From assembly GCF_009914755.1 (NCBI RefSeq), contig NC_060933.1: a stretch of DNA of 64,000 nucleotides; one strand, given 5' to 3'. Source of the DNA: the human T2T-CHM13v2.0 reference genome, Homo sapiens. A program made the position numbers and the translations under genes. Shown here one piece after another: positions 1 to 27,149 of the stretch. Numbering within the stretch: the stretch's first letter is position 1; every line of letters starts with the position of its first letter. The notes below the pieces were generated by a model. That model worked only from the letters and a program-made list of their open reading frames with translations, had not been told where the DNA came from and searched no databases.

Positions 1-206
1 TCCACCTCCCAATTCTCCTGCCTCAGACTCCTGAGTAGCTGGGATTACAGGTGCACGCCACCACGCCCAGGTAATTTGTTGTATTTTTAGTAGAGATAGG
101 GTTTCACCATGCTGGCTAGGCTGGTCTCGAACTCCTGACCTCGTGATCAGCCTGCCTTGGCCTCCCAAAGTGCTGAGATTACAGGTGTGAGCCACTGTGC
201 CTGGCC
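1..206 (-). mobile_element. Alu (partial, at window edge)
   Basis: Antisense Alu consensus. Confidence 0.92.
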
Positions 207-404
207 TGCAATAAATATTCTTTTTTAAATATTGTTTTTCTAACATAATTTTATTGGATACATAATATTCCATTTTAAGGGATTGATTCACTTAACCAAT
301 CTCTTGTTGTTAGACATTTGAGATTGTTTCTAATATTTCACTACAATAAATAGTTATAAACAAATATAACCACAGCAAATTAGAAGGCTTTACACTTCTT
401 TGCA

Positions 405-900
405 TGCACAAATAAATTGGAAAATCTGGATGAAGTAAATGATTTTCTAGAAATACATAATTTACCAAAATTGATCTTAAGAGGGAAAGAAAAAGAATGG
501 ACATGATTAGATATACCAGCAAGTATAGGAAGAATTTAAAAGTAGTCCAAATAGTCCAAGGGCTACCTCTCCAATAGTGCCACATCCAGATGGTTTTATA
601 GGTGAAATCTCCCAAATCTTTAAAAATTCTATTTGTAGTATTCCAGAAATAGAGAAAGAAGGAAATTTTTACATTCTTTTTTTTAAAATTCAGAATAACA
701 TTAATACCGAACTGAACAAAGATGGCACAGGAAAAGAAAATAGAGCAATTTCACTTATGAATATCAATGCAAGATTTATAAGTAAAATTTAGCAAATATA
801 ATCCAAATGAAAGGAATAAAACACCAAAAACCCAGATTAATTCATTCCAGCAATTAGTACTGATCATTATCAGGAAATCTAACAATATAACCCACACATT
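405..900 (+). mobile_element. Ancient L1 (L1M) ORF2 fragment
   Basis: ORF 577..792 gives PDGFIGE...[19 protein letters not shown], resembling L1 ORF2 GPDGFTxEF...[20 protein letters not shown]. Confidence 0.8.
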
Positions 901-904
901 ATTA

Positions 905-1156
<252 letters not shown>

Positions 1157-1402
1157 CATCGTTATTTAAAAGAAGAAAAAAAATATATAATCACCTGCCT
1201 AAAAGACATGATAAAAATAACTTATTTCCAATTAAAAAAAAAAGAAATTCCTAAACAGTGGGAATAGATTGATGTTTCCTTTAGATTATGGACATATAGC
1301 CAAAAACTAGAAAAATGGTAATTAAAAAAATTTTTTTTCACTTTTCAGATGGAAACAGGCACATAAAATGATAATATTTGTAGACAGAGAAACAGAAAAC
1401 CA

Positions 1403-1700
1403 GGTCAAGTGTGGTGGCTCATGCCTGGAATCCCAGCACTGTGGGAGGCAGAGACAGGCAGATCACTTGAACCCAGGAGTTCAAGACCAGCCTGGGCAAC
1501 ATGGCGAAACCCCATCTCTATAAAAAATACAAAAATTGTCCAGGCATGGTAGTTCGTGCCTGTAGTCCAGTTACTCAGGAGGCTGAGGTGGGAGGATGGC
1601 TTGAGCCCAGGAGCACCAGTGCACTCGAGTCTGGGTGGCAGAGCAAGACTCTGTCTCAAAAAAAAAAAGAAAAAAGAAAAGAAAAGAAAGGAAAAAGGAA
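1403..1700 (+). mobile_element. Alu
   Basis: Alu consensus plus A-rich tail. Confidence 0.9.
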
Positions 1701-1865
1701 AAGGAAAAAGAAACAGAAAGCCAAAATTTTTAAAAAACTAACCAAAAGCCAGTGTCACCATAAAAGCAGAAGCAGCAAAACAAAGTGGCTGAAAACAATT
1801 CTGAAACTAGAATTCCTGGGTTCAAGTTCAGCTCTGTCTCTAGTTGTGTGACCTTAAACAAATTA

Positions 1866-2462
1866 CAGTCATGCATCATTTAACAATCTGCATACATTTT
1901 GAGAAATGCATCATTAGGCAATTCCTTCATTGTGTGAAGTCACAGAGTGTACTTACACAAACCTAGATAGTAGAGCCTGCTACTCACTTAGGCTGTATGG
2001 TATACCTATTGCTCCTAGGCTACAAATTCACACAGCATGTTACTATACTGATTACTGTAGGCAACTATAACACAATAAGAAGTACTTATATATCTAAATA
2101 TAGAAATGATACAGTAAAAATACAGAATAAAAGATAAAAAAATGATACACCTGTAATAGGGCACTTACCATGAATGGAGCTTGCAGGACTGGAAGTTGGT
2201 CTGGGTGAGTCAGTGAGTGAATAGTGAGTGAATGTGAAGGCCTAGGACATTACTGTACACTTTTATGTATAGTAATGTACATACAGTAATATACATACAG
2301 TAATGTACTTGCTGGCAGAGCAGTAAGTTTGTTTACACCAGCAATGCCACAAACACGTGAGTGTGATGCACTACAACATTATGATGGCTACGATGTCACT
2401 AGGCAATAGGAATTTTTCAGTCTCATTATGATCTTATGGGACCACTACAATGTGGTCCATCA
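1866..2462 (+). mobile_element. Tigger3/Golem (MER7-type) DNA transposon, internally deleted
   Basis: Begins TA-CAGTCATGC...; body collinear with both ends of the second copy at 11659-15276. Confidence 0.85.
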
Positions 2463-2539
2463 TCATATATAAAGTGCTTAAAATAATACTTGGCACACAG
2501 TGCCATATGAGTAGACATGATTAGATATGCCAAATATCA

Positions 2540-2826
2540 GCCAGGCGCAGTGGCTCACACCTGTAATCCCAGCACTGTGGGAGGCCAACACGGGCAGATA
2601 ACTTAAGGTCAGGAGTTCAAGACTAGCCTGGCCAACACGGTGAAACCCCATCTTTACTAAAAACACAAAAATTAGCCGGGTGTAGTGGTGGGTGCCTGTA
2701 ATCCCAGCTACTCGAGTGGATGAGTCATGAGAATCGCTTGAACCCAGGAGGCAGAGGTTGCAGTGAGCCAAGGTTGTGCCACTACACTCCAGACTGGGTG
2801 ACAAAGCGAGATTCTGTCTCAAAAAC
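2540..2826 (+). mobile_element. AluS
   Basis: Full-length Alu. Confidence 0.93.
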
Positions 2827-3090
2827 TATATATATATATATAAAATATATAATATATTACATGTAATGTATTGTATATAATATATATTACATGTAATATA
2901 TATAATATATAATACATTACATGTAATATATTACATATATTGTATATATTGTATATTATATATAATATATGTTATTCCCACATGACGTTTTTATATATAT
3001 ATGTATATATATACATATATGTGTGTGTATATATATGTATATATATATGTTCATTCCCACATGACTTCTGGGAATATATATATATATACA
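2827..3090. repeat. AT-rich (TA)n compound microsatellite with palindromic units
   Basis: TA/TG dinucleotide runs following an Alu tail; three TTACATGTAA cores. Confidence 0.9.
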
Positions 3091-3365
3091 CCTAACATCA
3101 AAAAACTAACATCAGGAATGAAGAAACACCCAAACCATTTCCCTAATAGTCAGGAATAAAAAAATAATATTCAAAGGCAACACTACCATTTAAGTCTTTG
3201 TTCTAAAAATACAAAGTGATCAATCAAGAGAAAAACATAACTATTATAAAGAAAGAAAAATTTATGAATGGAATTATGATTTGCAGATGATATGATACTA
3301 TTCCTGAAAAATCAAGAAAATCACCTGAAAATCTATGAGAAACAAATAGGAATTTTAAAGGTTTA
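3090..3365 (+). mobile_element. Ancient L1 ORF2 RT fragment (probably the same element as 405-900)
   Basis: TTTGCAGATGATATGATA = FADDMI catalytic motif at about 3279-3296 in A-rich L1-like sequence. Confidence 0.75.
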
Positions 3366-3422
3366 CTTAACTCATTTATTCCCTGAAACTGAAATTTAGA
3401 GAAAAATATGAAAACAGTTTCA

Positions 3423-3716
<294 letters not shown>

Positions 3717-4097
3717 CTACCCTATTCCTCACACACACACACCCCCGAGCCATATTTTAAGTACACTGGTTCATTCCCACATGACTTCTGGGAACATTTC
3801 CAACAATTGTCTTTATTCAATCTTTTGGCCTTCCATAGGTAAAGCATCTATACATGCACAAAGCTGAAATAACTTAGCAATCAACCCTCACTAATTTACA
3901 CTAACTAAAGAGAAGCCTTGTCCAGTGAAATAAAAAATCTGAATTGCAAAATACCTTAAGATATATGTACCTTGATTATTTTCAGGGTCACTTTTGAGAT
4001 GCAGGGACCTTACCAAATCATTGGCATTTACTATCTAACATAGTAGTTAATATCGGAATATCTATTAACTGCTAATAAAAATCCTTTAAGTTTATGA

Positions 4098-4415
<318 letters not shown>

Positions 4416-4503
4416 AATTTTAGCTTTTTTAACATGGCCCCCTGTAACTTGATTGTTGTTATTTGCTTTATGTCATAGGTTGTACAAAATGTGCAAAGGA
4501 TCA

Positions 4504-4842
<339 letters not shown>

Positions 4843-5024
4843 TCACATTTTCAAGCTACTCTTGTAAAAAGATGCATTTGTTTGCAATTGTATCATACAT
4901 TTTATTTTATGCCTTATGGGTTCTTCTCATATATCGTTCATATCATAGGCACTGAAAACATAGCAAGTGCTCAATAAATGTTTGTCAGTGTGTTCTGGGA
5001 TTTTACAAAAGCTGATAACCATCA

Positions 5025-5570
<546 letters not shown>

Positions 5571-6411
5571 ACAAAAGAATGGTCCCAACCTCATACTAAA
5601 ACATCTAAAGTAGGGCTTCAGATAGAAAACAATTTACAGGCCTGGCACGGTGGCTCATGTCTGTAATCCTGGCACTTTGGGAGGACTGCTTGAGTCCAGG
5701 AGTTTGAGACCAGCCTGGGAACGAAGTGAGAACCTGTCTTAAAATTAACTTAAAATATAAACAACATTTTTAATGTTTTAAATAAGGAAAACAATCTCCA
5801 GGAGAGTGAAAATGCCAGCCCATGAGTATAGGATGGTGTGGCAGGTAATAAGGTGGTAACTTAATTAGGAAAGGTCTTACTAATTTTATGAAAATGAGAC
5901 AGCCTTAAAACAGCCTTCTGGAAGGACAGGACATGCCCTTTTGCAGATTTTTTGCACCTGACTGAAGACTATCAGAGGCAGCAGGTATAGGGTAAAAACT
6001 GCCCAATAAGCCAGAGGCTGGAGAAGAAATCTCTCTTCCAGTTAGTAGTTTCTTCCCTCAGAACTGACTTTAAAACTTTAAGAATTCCATCAGCTGGGCA
6101 TGCCTGGGCATGCCTATGGTCCCAGTTGCTCAAGAGGCTGAGGCAGGAGGATTGCTTTAAGTCCGGGAGTTCAAGGCCGGCCTGGGCAACACAGCAAGAC
6201 CCTCATCTCTAAAAATAATAATAATACTATTTTCATCAGAGCCACATAGTTCAATTCCACTTGGAGAAAACAAAAAAGCACCCTAACTGAAATTCCTAGG
6301 ACATTGGCATAAAAACATCAGGGATTGAGCAGAAGACAGGAAGCAGCATGATTGAAGAAAGTCTGTTTTTTAAAAAAAAAATTTCAAAAAGCTAGTAATA
6401 CCATAATTTCC

Positions 6412-6708
6412 TTTTTTTTTTTTTTTTGAGACAGAGTCTCACTCTGTTGCCCAGGCTGGAGTGCAATGGTGTGATCTTGGCTTATTGCAACCGCTGCCTC
6501 CTGACTTCAACTGATTCTCCTGCCTCAGCCTCCTGAGTAGCTGGGACTACAGGTGTGTACCACCACGCCGGCTAATTTTTGTGTGTCTTTTTGTAGAGAC
6601 AGGGTTTCACCATGTTGGCCAGGCTGGTCTCGAACTCCCGACCTCAAATTGTCCACCCAGTTGGCTCCCAAAGTGCTGGGATTACAGGCATGAGCCAATG
6701 CACCTGGC
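6412..6708 (-). mobile_element. AluS
   Basis: Full-length antisense Alu; TSD ATAATTTC. Confidence 0.93.
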
Positions 6709-7763
6709 TATAATTTCTTTTTCTTAAATGACATTTTAGTCCCCAAAAGATAAAAGAAAATTGCCTCAGAATCCTTTTGAACTTTTATATTCTTTATTCT
6801 TTTTCCTTTTGGGTCTTGGATCAATGAACGCCTCTCCACTCACACCAATTATTGTTTGGGAACCAGTAATTCTATTCAATTGCTGAAGGAGCCCATCCAA
6901 GTCAAACCACCCTCACAAAAGAAGTGCCACAGAGCTTCTTCTCCTGGGTTGTGGCTCATGGTGGTTTCCATGATTCCCAGGAGTCATTCAGGGGGCAGTT
7001 CTAAGGGCCAGAACATCTGCCTGTTCTCCATGACTGGCTGGAATCATCTCACACTAGAACCCCAGCAATTCATTCCTCCTCTAACATTGGTGACATTCAG
7101 AGGCCTACCTGCAACCAGCTCCTGAGCTTGATGTTGACTCTGCAAAGCACAATAAACACCTGGATGCAGGATTCCTTGGAATCCAGGAACTAGGATTCAC
7201 ATCCTGTGGTTCCAGGCAAACAGTGACTAACTGCTGATACCCCAACACTTGCTAAGCTCTGCCCCAGCTAAAGCCCGCTGATGTTTCTCTGGCAACTGTG
7301 ATTCTGAAAGAACAGTATTATCAAGAAAAGCAATTCATCAGCTTTTACAAAGTGATAACTGGAGAACTCACAAGGAAAGGTCATGGGAATGGCTGCCAGT
7401 GGACATGGTCTTCATGGTGGGGGCATGAAAATGCTCCAAAATGAGACAGTGGTGATGCTAGCACAACTTTGTGAATATACTAAAAACCACTGAGTTGTAT
7501 ACATCAAAAGGGTGAATTTGATGGTATGTAAACTATAGCTCAATTTTTTACAAAAGAGAAGGTCATTCAATCATTGCAAGAATGGAATAAATAAAAGTAG
7601 AGCCTAGATCTGGATTTAGTTCCAGGCAGATTAGGTCTAGTTCGGCTGACACCTATTTGGCCCTTACATAAAATATTTTTTTCTCTTTCCTCTTCCCCTC
7701 TTCTTCCCTCCTCCTGTTCCCACCAATCTTCTCACTCTTCCTCCTCCTCATTCTTCTTCCTAA

Positions 7764-8063
<300 letters not shown>

Positions 8064-8352
8064 TTCTTCATAACTTTCAAAAGCTGAATTCATCTCTTGG
8101 AACTATAAACATACTGATAAATATACAGTTGTAAGTTTTCCCTGGCAAACTCCCACAGCCTAGAAAACACAATTTCAGGGATCATATTCTCCAGAAGATT
8201 CCCCTGATTCCTTCCTCACAGCCAAGATAAGTGACCCCTAGATTCCAGTAAATGCTGTTTGCTTACCTATGACTAACACTTTATACTGAAATTAGCTGTC
8301 TGCTCGTCACCCTTCCACTAGCACAGTCTTGTCATATAAGAAGTGCATGAAA

Positions 8353-8964
<612 letters not shown>

Positions 8965-9757
8965 TTATATGCTTTTTTTTTAGTTAGTGTCTTTTCTTCT
9001 TAATATACAAAATTTAATACTGTAACATTGTACTTCTGCAACCATGCAGCCAGTAATTTGCTACCTAGAACAACAGGATATTATAAAATGTTTTCTCTGA
9101 AGGAATGTGTTCATTCGTGCCAAGAATAAATCAAATGTATCCTTTGAGAGATTCTGCCTTGGTACAGGTCAAGAGGGAGGATGAATCCGAGCATAAGAAC
9201 CTACGGTTCCTGGTAGCTAAGAAGATAAAATATGTTCTCCTTTCATTTTATTTTTCCTGAAAACCTTTAAATATCACGAAGCTTTCCAGCAGAGTCATTA
9301 AGTCTATGCAAAAGCATCTTAGAACCAGGAGGCTTTTTCTGCCTTTCCTCTTCATTATTGTTCAAAGATTTTCCTAGAAAGCCAGAGAGCAACATTAAAT
9401 AGCGTATGCTGTTTATAGAGTTCAGATAACAGAGGAGCCGCTAAAAATTAGGAGGGTTTGTCCCCACCCTGTATTCGACCAGCCTATGCTCAGAGACCCA
9501 GCCTACAAAGCTCCCATGCTCCCAAAACTCGCACTCCTCACTCAGCGCACACATGTGGGAGGCAAGCCCACATCTCTTAACAGGGACAACTCTGACCTCC
9601 TGTGAGCCAACAGCCGAGTGCCAGCCCCCAGATTAGTGTGCTCTGAGCTGAGGAGTGCCACTCACCCCAAGGACCCCCGACCTGTGGTTACAGGAACCTG
9701 CAGGAGGCACACCATCTCCAGAGAGTCCCTCCTCACTATTCATTATGAAAACGATCA

Positions 9758-10050
9758 GGCCAGGTGCAGTGGCTCATGACTAATCCCAGCACTTTGGGAG
9801 GCCGAGGCGGGCAGATCACTTGAGGCCAGGAGTTTGAGACCAGCCTGGCCAATGGGGCAAAACCGCATCTCTACCAAAAATACAAAAATTAGCTGAGCAT
9901 GGTGGTGCGTGCCTGTAATCCCAGCTACTTAGGAAGCTGAGGCAGGAGAATCGCTTGAACCCAGGAGGCGGAGGTTACAGAGAGTCGAGATTGTGCCACT
10001 GCACTCCAGCCTGGGCAACAGAGTGAGACCCCCCCCTTAAAAAAAAAAAG
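9758..10050 (+). mobile_element. AluS
   Basis: Full-length Alu. Confidence 0.93.
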
Positions 10051-10291
10051 TTCAAACAAAACATTACAATGAAAGAAAAAGAATATTACAATGAACTCCC
10101 ATAGACCCACATCCCCCCAAGATTCAATCGTTGTTTACATTTTGCCATTTAAAGTAGCTTACAGACTAAAGGAACACTATTATAGATACATCATCATAAC
10201 ACCCCTAGATACCTCAGCATGCATCTCCCAAAATAAGAATATTATCCTATATACCACAATACCATTATGCCATCTAACAAAACTAACATTA

Positions 10292-10561
<270 letters not shown>

Positions 10562-11216
10562 CTATCAATCCACACCGACTTCAACAGCCCAGACTGTCCT
10601 CCCATGCTATGGACTCGGGAACCAACGTTCTGTGACCACACCTTAGTGATCTATTTCTCCAGCCTCTTCTCCTTTCACGATGCTCCCCAGACTACAGGAC
10701 CTGGGCCCCTCGTAGTTATGTGCCAGGAGTGTATGAAACCCCAAGAGAAACACAACACCTCAATCTGGCAATCCGTCTGATTTGAAGATTGGGAGAAGAG
10801 GGTTCTCTTTGAACTTTTCCAAGCTTAAAAAGATCTTTTCAGAGGCCCACGGAAACAAACCAGCAGAATTCCCCTTTTCCAGTTCAGCCATTCTCATGGT
10901 TTTCCATGAAAGCCAGGGTAGGGTGACTTTACAGCCAGTGATTAACTGGAAAATTTCTTCCTTCTGAACTACCAAGAAACACAATGGAATTAGTGCTGCA
11001 GCCTCATCCGGAGCAGGGCTAATGCAGAAGCAGGAATAGCTCATGCTAATGGTCAATGACCTGTGGTGAATAATGTTAGTCCCTCAGTGCAGAGGCCTGG
11101 AACATGGATGCTCGATGAGTCCCCAGAAGCTTGCCCGGAGTGTTTTTCATTGAATAATATGAAATTGAAAGATGCAAAATGAACGTAAATCTCCCTCTCA
11201 TCTCTGCCCTCTAGCT

Positions 11217-11397
11217 CAGGGGTCAGCAAACTTTTTCTCACAGTATCTGTTGCAACAACTCACCTGTGCTCATGGGCACGAAAGCAGCTGTAGACAACAG
11301 GTAAACTACCAAGCAATGCTACGTACCAGTAAAACTCCACCTACAGAAACAGGCAGCAGGTCGAACTTGGCCCATGGGCCATAGTTTGCTGACTCTG
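11217..11397. mobile_element. MER58A-like hAT-Charlie MITE
   Basis: TIRs CAGGGGTCAGCAAACT / AGTTTGCTGACTCTG. Confidence 0.8.
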
Positions 11398-11658
11398 CCT
11401 AACCCTCTAATTTAAGAGGAAACTCCTGTGACCAAATTGTTTATGCATCCTTTTAGAGCTGATCTACCCAGTTAGCTTTTTTTGGGAGAAAAATCATCAA
11501 CTTATGAATTTGTAGCTTGTTTGTTACTTCGTGTTTTATTTCACCAGTGGGCCCCTCATATCCGTTTAATGGCCTCTCACAATTGCACTCAATTCTTATT
11601 CACCCAAAAGTACCCTCCAGAAGATCTGGGTGGGTTTTTTATTATTATTTTTATTTTA

Positions 11659-15287
<3,629 letters not shown>

Positions 15288-15335
15288 TAAAATGTAATTG
15301 GCTTTGGAACATGATTCACCATATTAAAACTATCA

Positions 15336-15670
<335 letters not shown>

Positions 15671-16066
15671 CTATCTTTGGGGAGATCTGCATAAGAGCTT
15701 AGAGAGACAGAGCAGACTCTCAAGCCATAGTTAGGCCAAGTGTCCGTCCTAGGTTACAGAACACTATCCAGTGGTTTTAGAAACAAGTCCAGCTGTCCAT
15801 AAAATGGAATATTCCTGTCCTTTGCTGTTGTTTTTGAGACAGGCCTCCTCTGTGGACCTCACTGGAAGGGACATTTCGGTTTGCAGAGGCGTCTAGAATT
15901 CTCAAGACCCTAGGCTTAATACCATGTTATAGCACCTCTGGCACATGTATAACCTTGCCTGCAATCTATGTAAGGCAAAGTCTCAGCAGGCCAAGCATCG
16001 GGATGCACAGTGCCTAGTGCCTGGGAGTAGTACCACATAAATTAATAAAGCCCCTTCTGCCCATTA

Positions 16067-16394
<328 letters not shown>

Positions 16395-16714
16395 GTCAAA
16401 GGGCAAGCTAGCACCCATGGGAGGAGGAATTCCTTTGGGAAGTGAACAGAAAAATTTATCCATTCTTCTCAACTTCATTTCTATCTCACTGCTAGCAAGT
16501 GCGGGTGAGGAACGGGAGGGTGAGAAGCATTAGGAGAAATTCCCCCTGGAGCCTCAGACTGCAGGGTAGCCAAACTTCTCATGGGTAGAAACCTAAAAAA
16601 CAAGAGTCAAAGAAGGCTTCACTCCAGCCTGCAGAATGGGCAATGGTGGGTGACTGTAAAAGCTTGTGTCTGCAAAGTGAAAGGTGACTTTTTGAAGACA
16701 AGACTCAGTGGGGA

Positions 16715-17820
<1,106 letters not shown>

Positions 17821-18623
17821 GATCGAGGCTCAGTACCTCGCTGTTATTTTTCTTTAGGGAGAAAAAAAGCACACAAAGATATCACAACAAGGCTGTATAT
17901 ACCATCTATCCACAACTGTAAGGTAAAACCATCAATATTTTTAATGCATATAACAAGGTTGCTGGGAGGAAATTGGAAGATTATTGCAACATTTACTATT
18001 GTAAAATTGTTGTGAAAGTCTCCCTCTCTCTGAATTGAGCTTGAACCTGGATATTGTCTGACTGTCATGGCATGGTGGATATCATGAGGCAAAAAATAGT
18101 TTCAGATGCTTCTAACCTAAAGGGCTTTGAGTTCCTTTAAGTCATCTAAGTCCCTAAAAGTATCACAACTACCAAAAATTTGGAGGATGAATTCTGACAG
18201 ACATAAGACCCAAAGCAACAGTATTTTACCAATTAACCATAAAGTCCAATGGCAAATTGTTTTGTTTTTCCTCATAGTACTAATATAGTTTTATATCAAA
18301 ATAACCAGAGAAATTAAGCAATGCAATATTCACTTGAGTTGTGAAGTTAAACTTAAGACTTGAAACAGATGTCAAATTTGTGTTAGGTCCCAGAGTTTCC
18401 AGAGATTCAAGTTCAATGACCTCTAACATGAGGAATACTATCTTGGAAACACTAGAGAAAGAATGTATCCAAACACTAAAACAAAGACTTATTATAATTG
18501 ACAAAACTTCTCATAATAAAAACATGTGAACAAAATAACAATGTTTTTCCCCAAGGACGTCAACTCTTTAATACAAGAGAATCTTGTTTCTCGATTCAGC
18601 TTTTCAACTTAACCCAGAGTTCA

Positions 18624-19823
<1,200 letters not shown>

Positions 19824-20559
19824 CATTCCTCCATTCTTAAGGAAAATTAAATGCATCTTCCTCTGTGCTCCCCTAACACTGGCACATTCCCTATCAATCA
19901 TGTTAATGTGTCATTATATTTGGTTCTAGCTTTGTATTCCAAGCTCAGTATTATGAATGAGCCGCTCAAGGATAGGGATGATGTCATTTGCCCATATGTT
20001 ATGATGGCACAGTGCAGACACTCAATATATTTTTATTGACTGCCTGGATAGAGAAATCTGAAATCCTGCTTGCTGCAACTCAAAAAGCAAATGGAGTGAA
20101 GAGGAACACAGCTGCCTATTACCCTACTCATTTTTTTTTTTCCAAAGAAAAAAATGAATGTGTTTAAGATGACAGTGATATAACAGCCAAGTCCCAGTAG
20201 GATGACCAGATCCCAATTATTGAAATAAACAGCAGAATTGTTTGAGGCTAAAACTTCTAAAACATCCAAATCTACCAGATGGTGATATATGGCCCAAGAT
20301 CAAACAAGAATTTCTACCCAAGGCTATGTGGTATACTGTGTTTCACTCTCAGTGCCTCTGTAATTTCAGGAGCGACCTAGTAAAGAGAATCTTTCTAGCA
20401 TTGAATTTCATTTTAGTTTTGGCTCCACTGTTACCCAGGTAAGACAGCCTAGCCCTTAGGCTGCTCCAGGCATGAAACCAACTGAGACTAGGGATTTCTA
20501 AACACTCTAACCATGCTGCTGTTCTGCGTGTTTTTTAAAAAAATAAAAGACAACACAAA

Positions 20560-20900
20560 AATAAGACAAACCGCTAATCATCACTAAGTAATGCCAAATT
20601 AACCATGGAATATTTCCAAAACTTATTGTATCTCAGACCGTAAAGACAAATGCAACAAATTCCAAACAAGTAAAAATGTTAAAGGCTGAATTATCTGACC
20701 ACATAATAATGTAATAGAACTATCAAACAAAACATAAGACTGGCATCCCCAAAAAAACATACTTGCAAACCACAGAACATTCTCCTAAATAATTCTTAGG
20801 ACAAAGGGAATATCAAAATTGAAATGTTTAACACTAGGTATAAAAACATATTTACTCCACAAATGTAAGACTTATGCGTTTTTATACCTTAAGAGTATAC
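20560..20900 (+). mobile_element. Very old L1 ORF2 endonuclease-region fragment
   Basis: TCTGACCAC (SDH motif) followed by degenerate LLNN-like coding sequence. Confidence 0.5.
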
Positions 20901-21393
20901 TTTTATACTTCAATGCGGCCTTTAAAATTTTTACTTTTTTCAAATTTGTTGCATTTTCCTTTATGATCTGAGATAGAATAAATATTCCATGGTTAATTTG
21001 GTATTACCTAGTGATAATTAGTGGTTTTTCTCATTTTTGAGTTATCTCTTATTTTAAAAAAGAACACACAAAACAGCAGCATGGTTAGCATGTTTGGAAA
21101 TCTCCCAGTCTCAGTTGGTTTGATGCCTAAAAAAGAGAGAGAAAAGCAGGCAGCCAAGAAAAAGAAAAAAAAAAGAAAACACTAGAATTTTAATATAAGA
21201 AACCTGAAAAAAGGAAAAAAGAAAATGGGGATTTAGGGATTAGTAAATACAATTTTAAAGATGTTAAAGAATTAGAAAATATTATCAAATGCACTGGGGG
21301 AAAATTACATAAAAGACTAGGAAGGTATAAACCCTGAGAGAGAAGATGATAGCAGACAAAAGATGCTAAAAGTATTTCAGAAAATGAAAATGA

Positions 21394-23082
<1,689 letters not shown>

Positions 23083-23745
23083 TCAATTGCACACTTCAAA
23101 ATAGCTAAAATGGTAAAATTTTGCCTTATGTCTACTTTACCACAATAGTAAGAAAATATTGAAAATTACAGTTTTTACTTTAAAAATCAACTTTATTGAG
23201 ATATAATATGCACACAATAAAACACCCCCATGTTTAAGTGTGCAGTTTCAGTGGGTTTTAACAAATGTAGACAACCATGAAACAACTGCCTAATGCAAGA
23301 TGCAGAATATATGATGCACAATTTGCATCTGATGATAATCTGATAATATATGGTACACAATCTGATGATAAACATTTGGTTTGTTTTCACTTGGGGGCTA
23401 ATATAATTAAAGCCTTGATGGCAAAAAAGGGGAGGGAAACTCAAATTTCTATAGGGAAATCATTTTGTGTCTGGATCCCAAATTTCTCATGATGCCATTG
23501 AGAGATGGTAGATAGCAGGTACATAGCTTTAGAGAACAAGTAACTAAAGTAACCCAAGCTAAGGAAGCCTGCAAGAATTTTTCACTGAAAACCAAAGAAG
23601 CCCATTATAAGCTACTTCCCCAGTGAACAGACAATATAAACACGCGGTTCAAAGGCTAAAAACCTTAAGTAGACACTGAAGTCACATATAAATGTGTGTA
23701 GTACAATAATAGACATAAATATGATTCTATTGAAACAATGAAATA

Positions 23746-24190
23746 TGAGAAATTAAGTAATTCAAACTTAAAGCTGTTGGAACTTTAAATTATACCAAGC
23801 CTTGAGAGGAATGTGGCTATGCAGTTTGAGTCACAAAGTATACAGCTGTAACTTCTGCCTCTTTTTCCCCCTGTAAATAATTAAGCCCAAATGGCACCAG
23901 AGATAAGACCCCCTTAGATCGCTATCTCTCCTCATGGAGTAATAAAGTAATTTTCCTTGGAGTGCAGCAATCTGTAACCAACCAAATCGCTGTGGCATAT
24001 GCACTGGTCTTGTATGGAAAATGTAATTCTGCTACAATTTCTACATAAATGAAACTGTAACTTCCCCATTTTTGAATGAACACTCCATTCATTTGAAGTC
24101 AGTGTTTCCCAGTGGCCACCTTCAAGTTTTATGCTTGAATAAACTCTATATGTAATCATACGTTCTGAATCTCATTATTTAAGGTTGACA
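23746..24190 (+). mobile_element. ERV1 (MER4-group) solo LTR
   Basis: TG...CA ends, AATAAA near the 3' end, terminus ATTTAAGGTTGACA, 4-bp near-TSD AATA/AATG; subfamily not certain. Confidence 0.75.
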
Positions 24191-24235
24191 AATGCAAATT
24201 TTTTAGATTTTTTTCTTATATAAAATACTTGTCTA

Positions 24236-26854
<2,619 letters not shown>

Positions 26855-26913
26855 TAGGGTACCTGTTTTAATGACCCATTAAGAATCATTTATTTAGATG
26901 AGATACACACATC

Positions 26914-27073
26914 AAAAAGAAAGGAAAGAGAGAAAGAGAGAGAGAGAAAAAGAAAGAAAGAAAGAGAAAGAAAGAAAGAGAAAGAGAAGGAAGGAAGGAA
27001 GGAAGAAAGAGAAAGAAAAAGAAAGAAAGAAAGGAAGGAAGGAAGGAAGAAAGAAAAGAAAGAAAGAAAGAAA

Positions 27074-27146
<73 letters not shown>

Positions 27147-27149
27147 AAA
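26914..27149 (+). repeat. Polypurine compound STR ending in (GAAA)n
   Basis: Pure A/G run with a long perfect GAAA array at about 27077-27148. Confidence 0.95.

Noticed and set aside
23305-23372. TGATGA/CTGA motifs suggesting a C/D-box snoRNA
   Set aside because: Explained by a short degenerate tandem duplication (AATATATG..CACAAT..CTGATGATAA twice); no terminal stem, box order is wrong, and it is antisense to the host gene.
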